Shown: in pieces, positions 35,693 through 44,488 of the stretch
How the letters are laid out: every line of letters begins with the position of its first letter
Numbering within the stretch: position 1 is the stretch's first letter
Assembly (NCBI GenBank): GCA_026391595.1
Contig: JAPLDY010000175.1
Coordinates: forward strand, 11,604-75,603
Direction of reading: 5' to 3'
Length of the DNA: 64,000 nucleotides
Source of the DNA: Bacteroidia bacterium
GTDB lineage: Bacteria; Bacteroidota; Bacteroidia; Bacteroidales; VadinHA17
Program-made: the position numbers and the translations under genes
The notes under the pieces: model-generated
What the model saw: the letters and a program-made list of their open reading frames with translations, nothing else
What the model was told of the DNA's origin: nothing
The model's database searches: none

Positions 35693-36544
35693 ATGAATAT
35701 GCTGCGAAAATTTCTTAAGCTTTCCGGAACCGGGTTTACTAATAACCAATATTATGAGTCGATGAATATGGCTCTTAAAAGATTGAATAATGAGTACACT
35801 ATGCTTCATTATCCATTTTATATAAATGAGTCTGATAGTTTCGTCCAGGCGCAGAATAACCTTACAGATTATTGCATTTCATTACTAAAGCCAATAAAAA
35901 ATAAAGAAATTCTGGAAATAGGATGCGGAAATGGCGTTCAGGCGTTGTACATAAATGCTAACTATGGTCCCGCAAGGATAACCGGAATTGATATCAACAA
36001 AGCAAACATCGACATTGCAAACAGTGAAAAAGACCGTGCTGATATTGATAACGTACATTTCCTCGTAGATGATGCTCAAAACCTCACACAGATCCCGTCA
36101 AATTCTGCAGATGTCCTTCTTAACATTGAGAGTGCTTTTCATTATCCTGATAAATCGGCATTTCTTAAAGAGGTCTACCGCGTCCTGAAACCCGGGGGGC
36201 AATTCCTTATTGCCGATATTGTATCTACCCGTAAGAAAAGAGAAGGACTTATGAAAATATGGGGGAAGCCAATGGGGCATCATTTCTGGAACAGAAAACG
36301 ATACGAGGAAGAGTTTTTAAAATCTGAACTTGTAATTAATTACAGGGAGGACATAACTCAACAGGTGAAAAAAGGCTGGAGCATGTACCGTAACTGGATG
36401 CCAAAAATAAAAAAGGAATTGTTTTTACAGAATGTTGCTTTCAGGTTGTTCTATATTATAAATGTCAGACTAAATATATATTTTTTAAACAGAAGGCAAC
36501 AATATCTCATTTACGTTGGATATAAGCCTGTTCCTGAATCCTGA
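35693..36544 (+). CDS. Class I SAM-dependent methyltransferase
   Basis: Motif I 'ILEIGCGNG', 'VDDAQNL', and post-motif 'LKPGGQFLIADI'. Confidence 0.8.
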   Translation: MNMLRKFLKLSGTGFTNNQYYESMNMALKRLNNEYTMLHYPFYINESDSFVQAQNNLTDYCISLLKPIKNKEILEIGCGNGVQALYINANYGPARITGIDINKANIDIANSEKDRADIDNVHFLVDDAQNLTQIPSNSADVLLNIESAFHYPDKSAFLKEVYRVLKPGGQFLIADIVSTRKKREGLMKIWGKPMGHHFWNRKRYEEEFLKSELVINYREDITQQVKKGWSMYRNWMPKIKKELFLQNVAFRLFYIINVRLNIYFLNRRQQYLIYVGYKPVPES

Positions 36545-36605
36545 GAAATCATAATTTTTCAAAACAACATGGGGAAATTGATCAGGAATTTCTGACCAGA
36601 GTTTA

Positions 36606-36637
36606 TTTGACTTGTGTCACTTTTAATCCTAACTTTC
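36606..36637 (+). promoter_or_regulatory. Promoter of fibre paralog 3 (TTTG 36606-36609, TAACTTTC 36630-36637)
   Basis: 20-nt spacer. The leader 'ttttcaaagttctaatacct' (36652-36671) is identical to 761-780 upstream of paralog 1. Confidence 0.6.
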
Positions 36638-36677
36638 ATACACTTATCTGGTTTTCAAAGTTCTAATACCTGCTTCT

Positions 36678-39527
36678 ATGAAAACAAAACTCTTCCTTAC
36701 GTTTCTTTTGTCTTTTTACTTTTATCTTTTGTCTTCTCAAATCCCTCAGGGTTTCAACTACCAGGCTGTGGCACGCGATGCAGGCGGCAACCCGATAACT
36801 AATGCATCAATGCCGGTCAGGATAACTATCCAGTCCGACTCATTGGGCACAGGTATTATCTGGCAGGAGCTTCATTCATCAGTGATAACTAACAGCTTTG
36901 GACTTTTTACACTTGTCCTTGGGAAAGGAGCCAGACAGAGTGCCAGCACCGTAGCCACATTTAATGACCTCAACTGGAGTGTTACACCAAAATTCATTAA
37001 GACTGAAATATATTACAGCAGCATCTGGAATACAATGGGCGTGTCAAGACTATGGTCGGTGCCATTCGCTCTGAGAGCCAGGGAGTCAGATCAATGGATT
37101 ACATCCGGATTAAATATTTACCGTGATTATGGATATAAAGTGGGGATTGGAAATGCTTTCCCTGCAAATTTTCTGGATGTCCAGGGAGGCATAAATGCTG
37201 GCGGGATAATTAATTATAATTCTGTAAACAGGTTGGGATTGGGAGTTATAGGTGACGGTACACCAAACGGCTTGCCAAAAAATGATGAGGGTGCATATGT
37301 TGGATGGATGCATTCAGGACTGGGACACAGTGCCGGAACTTTAGCCTTAATTTCAAGATCTTTCCCTCAGAATTGTGATATATCGTTTTATACGGGGAAT
37401 GTTGATCCTATAGAAAGAATGACTATTAAATATAATGGGAATGTAGGAATCGGAACAGTTAATCCTTCAAGTATATTTACAGTCCAACCCCCTGTAGTCT
37501 GGGATGATAATTCTCCTCTTTTTGAAATAAAGAATAAAAACGGACAAACAGTATTTGCAGTATACAATGAAGGGGTACGGGTATATGTATCTGATGGGGC
37601 AAAAGGAGTCAAAGGCGGATTTGCAGTTGGAGGCTTTGGAACAGATAAAGCAGAATCGCAGAAATACCTGGTTGTTTCAAAAGACAGCGTGCGAATATAC
37701 CTTGATACAAATCCCGCTACCAAGAAACTCAAAGGAGGTTTTGCAGTTGGTGGGTATGATCTGACAAAAGGAGAAGTACAGGATTATCTTGATGTTAATT
37801 CCGATAGTGTGAGGATATATATAGATGCTAATCCGGCTACTAAAAAATTAAAAGGCGGATTTGCCGTAGGCGGTTATGATCTGACAAAAGGCATAAAGAG
37901 AGATTACCTGAATGTGAATACAGATGCCAGAGGAATTATAAATCCTTCTCAAAACAGAATCTTGTGGTATCCTTTGAAAAATGCCTTTCTTACCGGGAAA
38001 GTTCTTATTTCAGATTCAGCAAATGTTGGTGTAAATTCTTTTGCAAGTGGATATGAGTCAAAAGCTAAAGGCAACTGGTCGCAGGCCTTAGGTTTTAAAG
38101 CAATTGCCAACGGTAATTATTCTACTGCTATCGGAAAAAATGCAGTAGCAAACAATAATAGTTCTTTTGCATTCGGGGAGGGTGCAATTACAAATAATTC
38201 TGAAAGTTATGCCATTGGCAGGGAAGCAGTTGCTAATGGGTATCGAAGTTTTGCTTTTGGGAGTGCTGGAATTGACTCACTGGGTGATCCTACGGGTGTT
38301 GCCAAAGCATTAGGAGATTACTCCTTTGCAATAGGAGCAGGATCAATTGCTATTGGGAATGGATCTTTTAGTATTGGAATTGCAGATACTGCACAGGGTG
38401 ATTTCTCAATGGCATTTGGTTACCAAACTGCGGCAAGAGGATGGTTTGCAACAGCTTTAGGGGTACTTACTAAATCAACAAACTTTGCTTCTACATCATT
38501 TGGAGACAGAACTACTGCAAGCGGCCACACTTCTTTCGCAACCGGTTCTTATTCCATTGCAAGTGGTCCAGTATCTGCAACATTTGGCATTCTCAACAAA
38601 GCAACCGGAATTGGAACTGTCGCAATGGGAGGATTAACTACAGCTAAATCTTATGGATCATTGGTCATTGGAACAAACAATATAGTTTCTGGAGATTCAC
38701 TTCATTGGGTTTGGACGGATCCGCTGTTTGTTATTGGCAATGGATGGGGCATGGCACCCAGAAATGCCATGACTGTCTTAAAAAACGGATATGTTGGAAT
38801 TGGTACAGCTATACCTCAAAGTGCACTTGATGTCAGAGGACCCATTACAGGTGATAATAATTATACTGAACCAGGCAATGCAGGGACGAGTGACGTCGCT
38901 GGTGATAAACTTGTACTATATGAAAGTGGAACGTGGCGGACTTCCATAGGGATGAGTTCCGTCGGACCTTATTTACAAGGAACAGGCGGAACAGCCGCTG
39001 ATAATGGTATTAGATTTATTACTGGGTCATCGTCAGCTACTGAGCGTATGAGAATAACCAGAGATGGTAATGTCGGTATTGGAACCACTTCACCAGGGTA
39101 TAAACTAACCATCAATGGAACAACCTGGTGTTCATCTGGAGCATGGACCGGCTCCGATATCAGATGGAAAAAGAACATTTCTGCTCTTAATAATACCTTA
39201 TCTGGCGTACTAAAATTACAAGCGGTAAATTATAACCTTAGAATTGATGAGTTTCCTGAATTGGGTTTTGAATCACGCGACCAAGTAGGATTTATTGCGC
39301 AGGATGTCGAAAAAGTATTCCCTCTCTTAGTGAATACAGATAATAATGGTTACAAAGCTGTAGCTTACGATAAATTGAGTGCTGTTCTTGTCGAAGCTAT
39401 AAAAGAGCAACAACAGCAAATTGATTCCCAGCAACAGGAAAACAAGCAACTTAGATCTGAAGTGCAATCAATCAGAGAGGAGATGGAACAGTTAAAGATT
39501 ATGCTCGCAAAAGGAGATACTAAATAA
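36678..39527 (+). CDS. Tail-fibre-like secreted protein, paralog 3
   Basis: Diverged copy of the N-terminal module ('IPQGFNYQAVARDAGGNPI..'), three KGGFAVGGYD repeats, a 'S.A.G..A.A.G' Hep_Hag-like core, 'GNVGIGT' motifs, and S74-type 'GSDIRWKKNISAL..VGFIAQDVEKVFPLLV..VLVEAIKEQQ' plus a coiled coil. Confidence 0.8.
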   Translation: MKTKLFLTFLLSFYFYLLSSQIPQGFNYQAVARDAGGNPITNASMPVRITIQSDSLGTGIIWQELHSSVITNSFGLFTLVLGKGARQSASTVATFNDLNWSVTPKFIKTEIYYSSIWNTMGVSRLWSVPFALRARESDQWITSGLNIYRDYGYKVGIGNAFPANFLDVQGGINAGGIINYNSVNRLGLGVIGDGTPNGLPKNDEGAYVGWMHSGLGHSAGTLALISRSFPQNCDISFYTGNVDPIERMTIKYNGNVGIGTVNPSSIFTVQPPVVWDDNSPLFEIKNKNGQTVFAVYNEGVRVYVSDGAKGVKGGFAVGGFGTDKAESQKYLVVSKDSVRIYLDTNPATKKLKGGFAVGGYDLTKGEVQDYLDVNSDSVRIYIDANPATKKLKGGFAVGGYDLTKGIKRDYLNVNTDARGIINPSQNRILWYPLKNAFLTGKVLISDSANVGVNSFASGYESKAKGNWSQALGFKAIANGNYSTAIGKNAVANNNSSFAFGEGAITNNSESYAIGREAVANGYRSFAFGSAGIDSLGDPTGVAKALGDYSFAIGAGSIAIGNGSFSIGIADTAQGDFSMAFGYQTAARGWFATALGVLTKSTNFASTSFGDRTTASGHTSFATGSYSIASGPVSATFGILNKATGIGTVAMGGLTTAKSYGSLVIGTNNIVSGDSLHWVWTDPLFVIGNGWGMAPRNAMTVLKNGYVGIGTAIPQSALDVRGPITGDNNYTEPGNAGTSDVAGDKLVLYESGTWRTSIGMSSVGPYLQGTGGTAADNGIRFITGSSSATERMRITRDGNVGIGTTSPGYKLTINGTTWCSSGAWTGSDIRWKKNISALNNTLSGVLKLQAVNYNLRIDEFPELGFESRDQVGFIAQDVEKVFPLLVNTDNNGYKAVAYDKLSAVLVEAIKEQQQQIDSQQQENKQLRSEVQSIREEMEQLKIMLAKGDTK

Positions 39528-39546
39528 ATACAGGTTTGTTGAAAAG

Positions 39547-39588
39547 ATTGCTTCGTCGTCACGCTTTGGCGCTACTCCTCGCAATGAC
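39547..39588. repeat. 'GTCATTGCGAGG..GACGAAGCAAT' element, inverted copy
   Basis: attgcttcgtcgtcacgctttggcgctactcctcgcaatgac is the reverse-orientation homolog of 39644-39682 and 49252-49291. Confidence 0.75.
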
Positions 39589-39643
39589 TGCATAAGTCAG
39601 ACGGATTAGGCATCAACATTAACAGAATGCTTATCAGGAAATT

Positions 39644-39682
39644 GTCATTGCGAGGAAACCGCAGCGCGGTGGACGAAGCAAT
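39644..39682. repeat. 'GTCATTGCGAGG..GACGAAGCAAT' element, forward copy
   Basis: gtcattgcgaggaaaccgcagcgcggtggacgaagcaat. Its termini are conserved with the copy at 49252-49291. Confidence 0.75.
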
Positions 39683-39753
39683 TTTGATAATCCGAAGAAA
39701 TTATTTCAGGAAATCCTGTCGCCTTGTACATTTCCAGCTGTTGCTCAAAAAAA

Positions 39754-39785
39754 CTTGATTTGTCTTCCATTTTGTCCTAAATTAC
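39754..39785 (+). promoter_or_regulatory. Probable promoter of fibre paralog 4 (A7 tract, cTTGATT 39754-39760, TAAATTAC 39778-39785)
   Basis: Same layout 'caaaaaaacttga.ttg.ct' as upstream of paralogs 1 and 2. The -7 box is weaker. Confidence 0.45.
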
Positions 39786-39821
39786 CCTGTTTTTATAGTT
39801 TTAACCGGCCATTGCGCCCGG

Positions 39822-39861
39822 AGGCCTTTGCACCTCTGCGCCTTTGCGCCTCTAAGCCTTA
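39822..39861. repeat. 'TGCACC/TGCGCC' short tandem GC-rich repeat in the 5' leader of paralog 4
   Basis: ggcctttgcacctctgcgcctttgcgcctctaagcctta. Same family as 7088-7116. Confidence 0.65.
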
Positions 39862-39866
39862 CTTAT

Positions 39867-42029
39867 ATGAAAACAAAACTCTCCCTCTTGTTTCTTGTTT
39901 CTTGTTTCTTTTATCTTGGCACCGCCCAGGTGCCTCAGGGCTTTATTTACCAGGCCATCGCACGCGATGGATCAGGCAACATACTGCCAAACACTCCTCT
40001 GCAGGCAATGATGTATGTACAGTCTTTATCGACTGGAGGAACAATATTCTGGAAGGAGCTGCATTCTACAATAACGACAAACAGCTTCGGGCTCTTTACC
40101 CTGGTTGTCGGGACAGGTACAAGGCAGACAGAGAGCACGGTGGCAACATTTAATCTTATTGACTGGAGTGTAACACCCAAATACCTGAGAACGGAGATCT
40201 ATTATTCAGGTTCCTGGAAAGACATGGGAACATCCCAACTGATGTCGGTTCCATATTCCATGACTGCCGGCGATCTTGCCGGATCCGTTGACAAGCTGGC
40301 TGTAAAGGGAACTACATCCGGACTGGAAGAAGCCCTGTTTGAGGTTAAGAACAAAGACGGTCAGACAGTGTTTGCGGTATACAATGAGGGTGTAAGAGTT
40401 TATGTGAGTAATGGGGCTAAGGCAGTTAAGGGTGGGTTTGCTGTGGGCGGTTTTGGAACCGATAAAGCAGAAAGTACAAAGTATCTCTTCGTAGGAAAAG
40501 ACAGTGTCAGGATATATCTCGACACGAATCCTCTTACAAAAAAGCTAAAAGGAGGTTTTGCAGTTGGAGGCTATGATATCACAAAAGGAATAATTCAGGA
40601 TTATCTTGATGTAAATTCCGACAGTGTAAGGATATATATTGATTCTGATCCTGCAACAAAGAAACTTAAGGGAGGATTCGCCGTTGGTGGATATGACATG
40701 ACAAAAGGAACGAATATCAATTACATGAATGTGAATACAGATGCCAGCGGCATTATTAATCCTTCTCAAAACAGAATTCTTTGGTATCCTTTAAAAAATG
40801 CTTTTCTGACAGGAAGAGTCTTGATTGCCAGTTCAACCAATGTCGGAGAAAATTCTTTTGCAACAGGATATGAGTCCAGAGCAAAAGGGATGTACTCCCA
40901 GGCTATGGGTTATAAAGCAATTGCAGATGGAAATAGTTCAACCGCTATTGGGAAAAATGCTTCTGCAACAAAGATGAATTCTTTTGCTTTTGGAGATTCA
41001 CCGCTGGCTGACGGATTGGATTCTTACGCTTTTGGTGCTGGTGCAACTGCCAGCGGTGCCGGCAGCTATGCCATAGGTTCTGCTGGAAGGGACACTCTTG
41101 GAAATCTGACCGGCCAGATGACAACCTCTTCCGGGAGTTATTCTTTTGCAATAGGACAAGGATCAAGAGCAACTAATATTACTGCTTTTGCATTAGGCGC
41201 TAATTCAATAGCATCGGGGACCGGCGCCTTTTCCATTGGCAGATATACCCAGGCAACAGGGATATATTCAACAGCATTAGGTTTTGGTGCAAGAGCAACC
41301 GGTACTTATTCCACCGCTATTGGAATCTGGAGTCATGCTTCCGGATGGAGTTCAACAGCAATTGGAGATTCCACAACTGCCAGCGCATATAATTCAACAG
41401 CCATTGGAAGTAATACAACAGCTCCTTCAATTTTTGAAACTGCCATTGGTGTATGGAATACGGTTTATACTCCTATTGCGCCGGATGGCTGGAATGGCAA
41501 TGACAGGATATTTGTTATCGGAAACGGGAGAGATTATTATACAAAATCAAATGCAATGACCATTTTAAAAAATGGTTGTATTGGTTTACAATCCGTTACA
41601 AATCCGACCTATGCACTGCAACTTCCTAATAGTAGTACAATCGGAGTCGGATCAGGAAGAGCTTATGCCTGGACAACATATTCAGATAGCCGTCTTAAAG
41701 AAAACCAGGTCCCGCTTGTTTATGGTCTTACTGAAGTGATGGAATTAAATCCAAAACAGTACATACATCATAGTACAGCTGATCAGACTTCCTGGTCAGA
41801 TGATCATGCTCCATTATCGATTGGACTTGTTGCCCAGGATGTATATAAAATTATTCCTGAGGCAGTGCAGGTTCCTGAAGATGACTCTAAAGAATTTTGG
41901 GGATTAGATTATGATAAGTTAATCCCGGTGCTGATCAGAGCTATCCAGGAACAACAGGCGCAAATAGATGACCTAAAAACCCTTGTCAACAACCTCATAA
42001 TTAATCAGACAGCACAGGTGAATGAATAA
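39867..42029 (+). CDS. Tail-fibre-like secreted protein, paralog 4
   Basis: Start set at 'MKTKLSLLFLV'; the track ORF starts inside the repeat. The first ~285 aa are ~93% identical to paralog 1 (by eye). The core is Hep_Hag-like as in paralog 3. S74-type 'YSDSRLKENQVPL..IGLVAQDVYKIIPEAV..VLIRAIQEQQ'. The tail '..LVNNLIINQTAQVNE' matches paralogs 1 and 2. Confidence 0.8.
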   Translation: MKTKLSLLFLVSCFFYLGTAQVPQGFIYQAIARDGSGNILPNTPLQAMMYVQSLSTGGTIFWKELHSTITTNSFGLFTLVVGTGTRQTESTVATFNLIDWSVTPKYLRTEIYYSGSWKDMGTSQLMSVPYSMTAGDLAGSVDKLAVKGTTSGLEEALFEVKNKDGQTVFAVYNEGVRVYVSNGAKAVKGGFAVGGFGTDKAESTKYLFVGKDSVRIYLDTNPLTKKLKGGFAVGGYDITKGIIQDYLDVNSDSVRIYIDSDPATKKLKGGFAVGGYDMTKGTNINYMNVNTDASGIINPSQNRILWYPLKNAFLTGRVLIASSTNVGENSFATGYESRAKGMYSQAMGYKAIADGNSSTAIGKNASATKMNSFAFGDSPLADGLDSYAFGAGATASGAGSYAIGSAGRDTLGNLTGQMTTSSGSYSFAIGQGSRATNITAFALGANSIASGTGAFSIGRYTQATGIYSTALGFGARATGTYSTAIGIWSHASGWSSTAIGDSTTASAYNSTAIGSNTTAPSIFETAIGVWNTVYTPIAPDGWNGNDRIFVIGNGRDYYTKSNAMTILKNGCIGLQSVTNPTYALQLPNSSTIGVGSGRAYAWTTYSDSRLKENQVPLVYGLTEVMELNPKQYIHHSTADQTSWSDDHAPLSIGLVAQDVYKIIPEAVQVPEDDSKEFWGLDYDKLIPVLIRAIQEQQAQIDDLKTLVNNLIINQTAQVNE

Positions 42030-42057
42030 TAAGCAGGATGGTAAAAGATGAATGATA

Positions 42058-42336
42058 TTAATGCCTGATCTGAAATTCTGAATAATTCACAGGTGGGCAA
42101 GAATCGACGGTTACAGATTCTACATACCCGATTCCCGGGCCTTCTTTGCACCATTCAATAAATGCATCGAGCTGCTTTCTGTATCCTTCAGCTTCTATGT
42201 AAACGGATCTGTCGGAGCGGTTTTCCACATAACCCGTAATACCCCGACTCCTGGCTTCAGTCGCTGCTCTCCACCTGAAGCCTACTCCCTGAACCTGACC
42301 TTTAATTAGGATCTTATAAAGCAGCTTGTTATTCAT
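42058..42336 (-). CDS. acyP: Acylphosphatase
   Basis: 'VQGVGFRW.A...A...GITGYV.N..D.SV...AEG', 92 aa. Confidence 0.85.
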   Translation of the reverse strand: MNNKLLYKILIKGQVQGVGFRWRAATEARSRGITGYVENRSDRSVYIEAEGYRKQLDAFIEWCKEGPGIGYVESVTVDSCPPVNYSEFQIRH

Positions 42337-42341
42337 TCAAA

Positions 42342-42941
42342 TTATTTCTGCACCTGAACTGTACTTAGAATCTCTTCCCCGAATGCCATACACTCCGGTC
42401 TCTTCAGGTTGTCGTATTCCTTCATTTTGAATGATTCCATCTGCTTGCGGACATCAGGCTCCATAAGTCCGAATGTTATCCTGCCAAGAAACACTTTAGA
42501 AGGCACCTCAGTCACCCCGCAGATATTTGCCAGGTGATTGACAATTAAATTTGCAGTTGTTTCAGGTGTCACAGGCTGCATCATGTTGCCGCAGACAGCA
42601 AAATATCCCCTTATCTTATTCTTAAGAAGATCTTTGTTCTTTGTCAGGTAATCCTGCAGAAGCTGTGAGGTGACACCGGAACGGATCGCGCCGCCTACAA
42701 TAATATGGTCATACTGAGACAGATCGGGATTCTCTCTGACATCAAATACATTTGCGATTCCATCCATCCCTTCAGAGATCCAGACTCCTGCATCACGGGC
42801 TGAGCCGCACCATGTAGCATAGAGGATAGCCCACTTCTTGTCAGAAGGTCTGGGATAATACTCGAGGGCAGAGGCTCTTTTCGAAAACAGAAGAACCCCG
42901 ATACCCAGCAATCCTGATTTAATAAATGTTCGTTTATTCAT
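42342..42941 (-). CDS. Flavodoxin-like fold protein with Tat-like signal
   Basis: 'MNKRTFIKSGLLGIG..ASA' signal. 'KWAILYATWCGSARDAG' and 'YDHIIVGGAIRSG' resemble flavodoxin_5-type proteins. An alternative start lies at 42983. Confidence 0.6.
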   Translation of the reverse strand: MNKRTFIKSGLLGIGVLLFSKRASALEYYPRPSDKKWAILYATWCGSARDAGVWISEGMDGIANVFDVRENPDLSQYDHIIVGGAIRSGVTSQLLQDYLTKNKDLLKNKIRGYFAVCGNMMQPVTPETTANLIVNHLANICGVTEVPSKVFLGRITFGLMEPDVRKQMESFKMKEYDNLKRPECMAFGEEILSTVQVQK

Positions 42942-42965
42942 AGTTATTATTTTTCTTGACTTTAT

Positions 42966-42995
42966 ACCGCTGCGCCCCTGCACCGTTGCGCCTTA
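42966..42995. repeat. 'CTGCGCC/CTGCACC' GC-rich short repeat
   Basis: accgctgcgcccctgcaccgttgcgcctta lies between two co-oriented genes. Confidence 0.55.
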
Positions 42996-44381
42996 TTCTT
43001 TTATACAATACAATGCGTCGGCTGACTTGAAAATATAAGCATTGCCTGTTATTGCCACCGATGCCCAGAACTTGCCATCAAGTCTGTTATCAGAAATGAT
43101 TTTGAAGGCGTTTCCGGCAACGAATGATTTTGTGATCCCTTTTTCGTCGAAGAACCAGATCTTGTTATTGTACACCCATGGTGATGCCCATACTGCTCCC
43201 AGGCCAGGTACCCTGTTCATTGAAACAAGGGCGCCGTCATCTGCTTTTATACATTTTATTTCGCCGCCACGGCTGCTGATTATATAAAGAAGACCATTAT
43301 AAAGCAATGGTGAAGAGCTTCCAAGTCCCGGATCCGGAAAAATCCACAAAACACCGGTACCTGCAGCATCTCCTGTTTTAGGAGTTATGTCTCCTTCTGC
43401 TCCTGCTTTCACCGCATAAAGATTGCCTTTCGTCTCCTGCCCTCCTGCATTGCCCAGGTAAAGATTATTTTCATCGCCTACAGGAGAAGGAATGGCCTGT
43501 TCTCCTCCGGTCTTCAGTTCCCATAATAATATTCCTGTTTCAGGATTATATGAGCGGGCTGTTTTACCACATGAAATAAGCTCTGTTCTGATCTTATTCT
43601 TCCAGATATAAGGAGTTGAGTAATTGGTTTTTTCTTCCCGTTGTGCTTTCCATTTCTCTTCTCCGGTGGCCGCGTCAAGCGCAACTAAAAATGAACTTAC
43701 CTCATTGTCAACCTGAATATAAAGTATCCCGTTGCTGATTATTGGTGATGATCCTGTTCCCCAGCCGCCCTGCGTATTATAAGCACCCAGATCTTTCTTC
43801 CATAACAGATTGCCATCCATTTCATAGCAGAAAAGACCGGTCATACCGAAATATGCAAATACTCTTTTCCCATCAGTAGCAGGTGTCTCAGAAGCGTAAG
43901 TATTCATTGGCTGCTTTTTCACTTTAGGATTACCCTTAAATGCAACCTTTTTCCATAACTCTTTCCCTGTATTCAGATCAACACAGGTGACCTCCCATCT
44001 ATAGATATCCTGCTTAAATGTAGTATCGTTATCTTCAGGATTATCATCATTCGGTTGCCCCTGCCCGGGACGAGGACCCTGGCTTCCCTGCATCGGACCG
44101 TGTTCAGGAACAGGGGCTACTTTTTCAGGGAACGTGGATGTAATGAATACTTTATTGCCCCAGACTATGGGAGAAGACCATCCTGTACCATCATTCTTAT
44201 AGGTCCATGCAACATTCTTAACTGTGTCCCATACTTCGGGAAGGCTTTTTGAAGAAGAGAGCATATTGCCATGCGGGCCCCTGAATTGCGGCCAGTTTTG
44301 CTTCTGCGAACAAGAAGTTAAAATGAAAAGGCAAGCGATGCCCGCAAGTGTGCACTCTTTTAAAATAGATCTTTGTTTCAT
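42993..44381 (-). CDS. PQQ-like beta-propeller repeat lipoprotein (BamB-like fold)
   Basis: Lipobox 'ILTSC'. Repeated 'G..LW' / 'V....G.LY' WD-like blades. Confidence 0.65.
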   Translation of the reverse strand: MKQRSILKECTLAGIACLFILTSCSQKQNWPQFRGPHGNMLSSSKSLPEVWDTVKNVAWTYKNDGTGWSSPIVWGNKVFITSTFPEKVAPVPEHGPMQGSQGPRPGQGQPNDDNPEDNDTTFKQDIYRWEVTCVDLNTGKELWKKVAFKGNPKVKKQPMNTYASETPATDGKRVFAYFGMTGLFCYEMDGNLLWKKDLGAYNTQGGWGTGSSPIISNGILYIQVDNEVSSFLVALDAATGEEKWKAQREEKTNYSTPYIWKNKIRTELISCGKTARSYNPETGILLWELKTGGEQAIPSPVGDENNLYLGNAGGQETKGNLYAVKAGAEGDITPKTGDAAGTGVLWIFPDPGLGSSSPLLYNGLLYIISSRGGEIKCIKADDGALVSMNRVPGLGAVWASPWVYNNKIWFFDEKGITKSFVAGNAFKIISDNRLDGKFWASVAITGNAYIFKSADALYCIKE

Positions 44382-44488
44382 TAATCTCTGGATTTGGTTT
44401 ATGTGAATTTGTGTAAATATGACAAAAAAAACAATCACAATAAACCTTCTGAATCAGAAAATGAATCTTGAGGCAGGGTTTGTGGAGA

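Noticed and set aside
22980-42050. The AT-rich 23-42 kb block as an island integrated at tRNA-Arg.
   Set aside because: The block lies on the 5' side of the tRNA. I found no duplicated tRNA-Arg 3' segment and no integrase. The compositional difference was judged only by eye.
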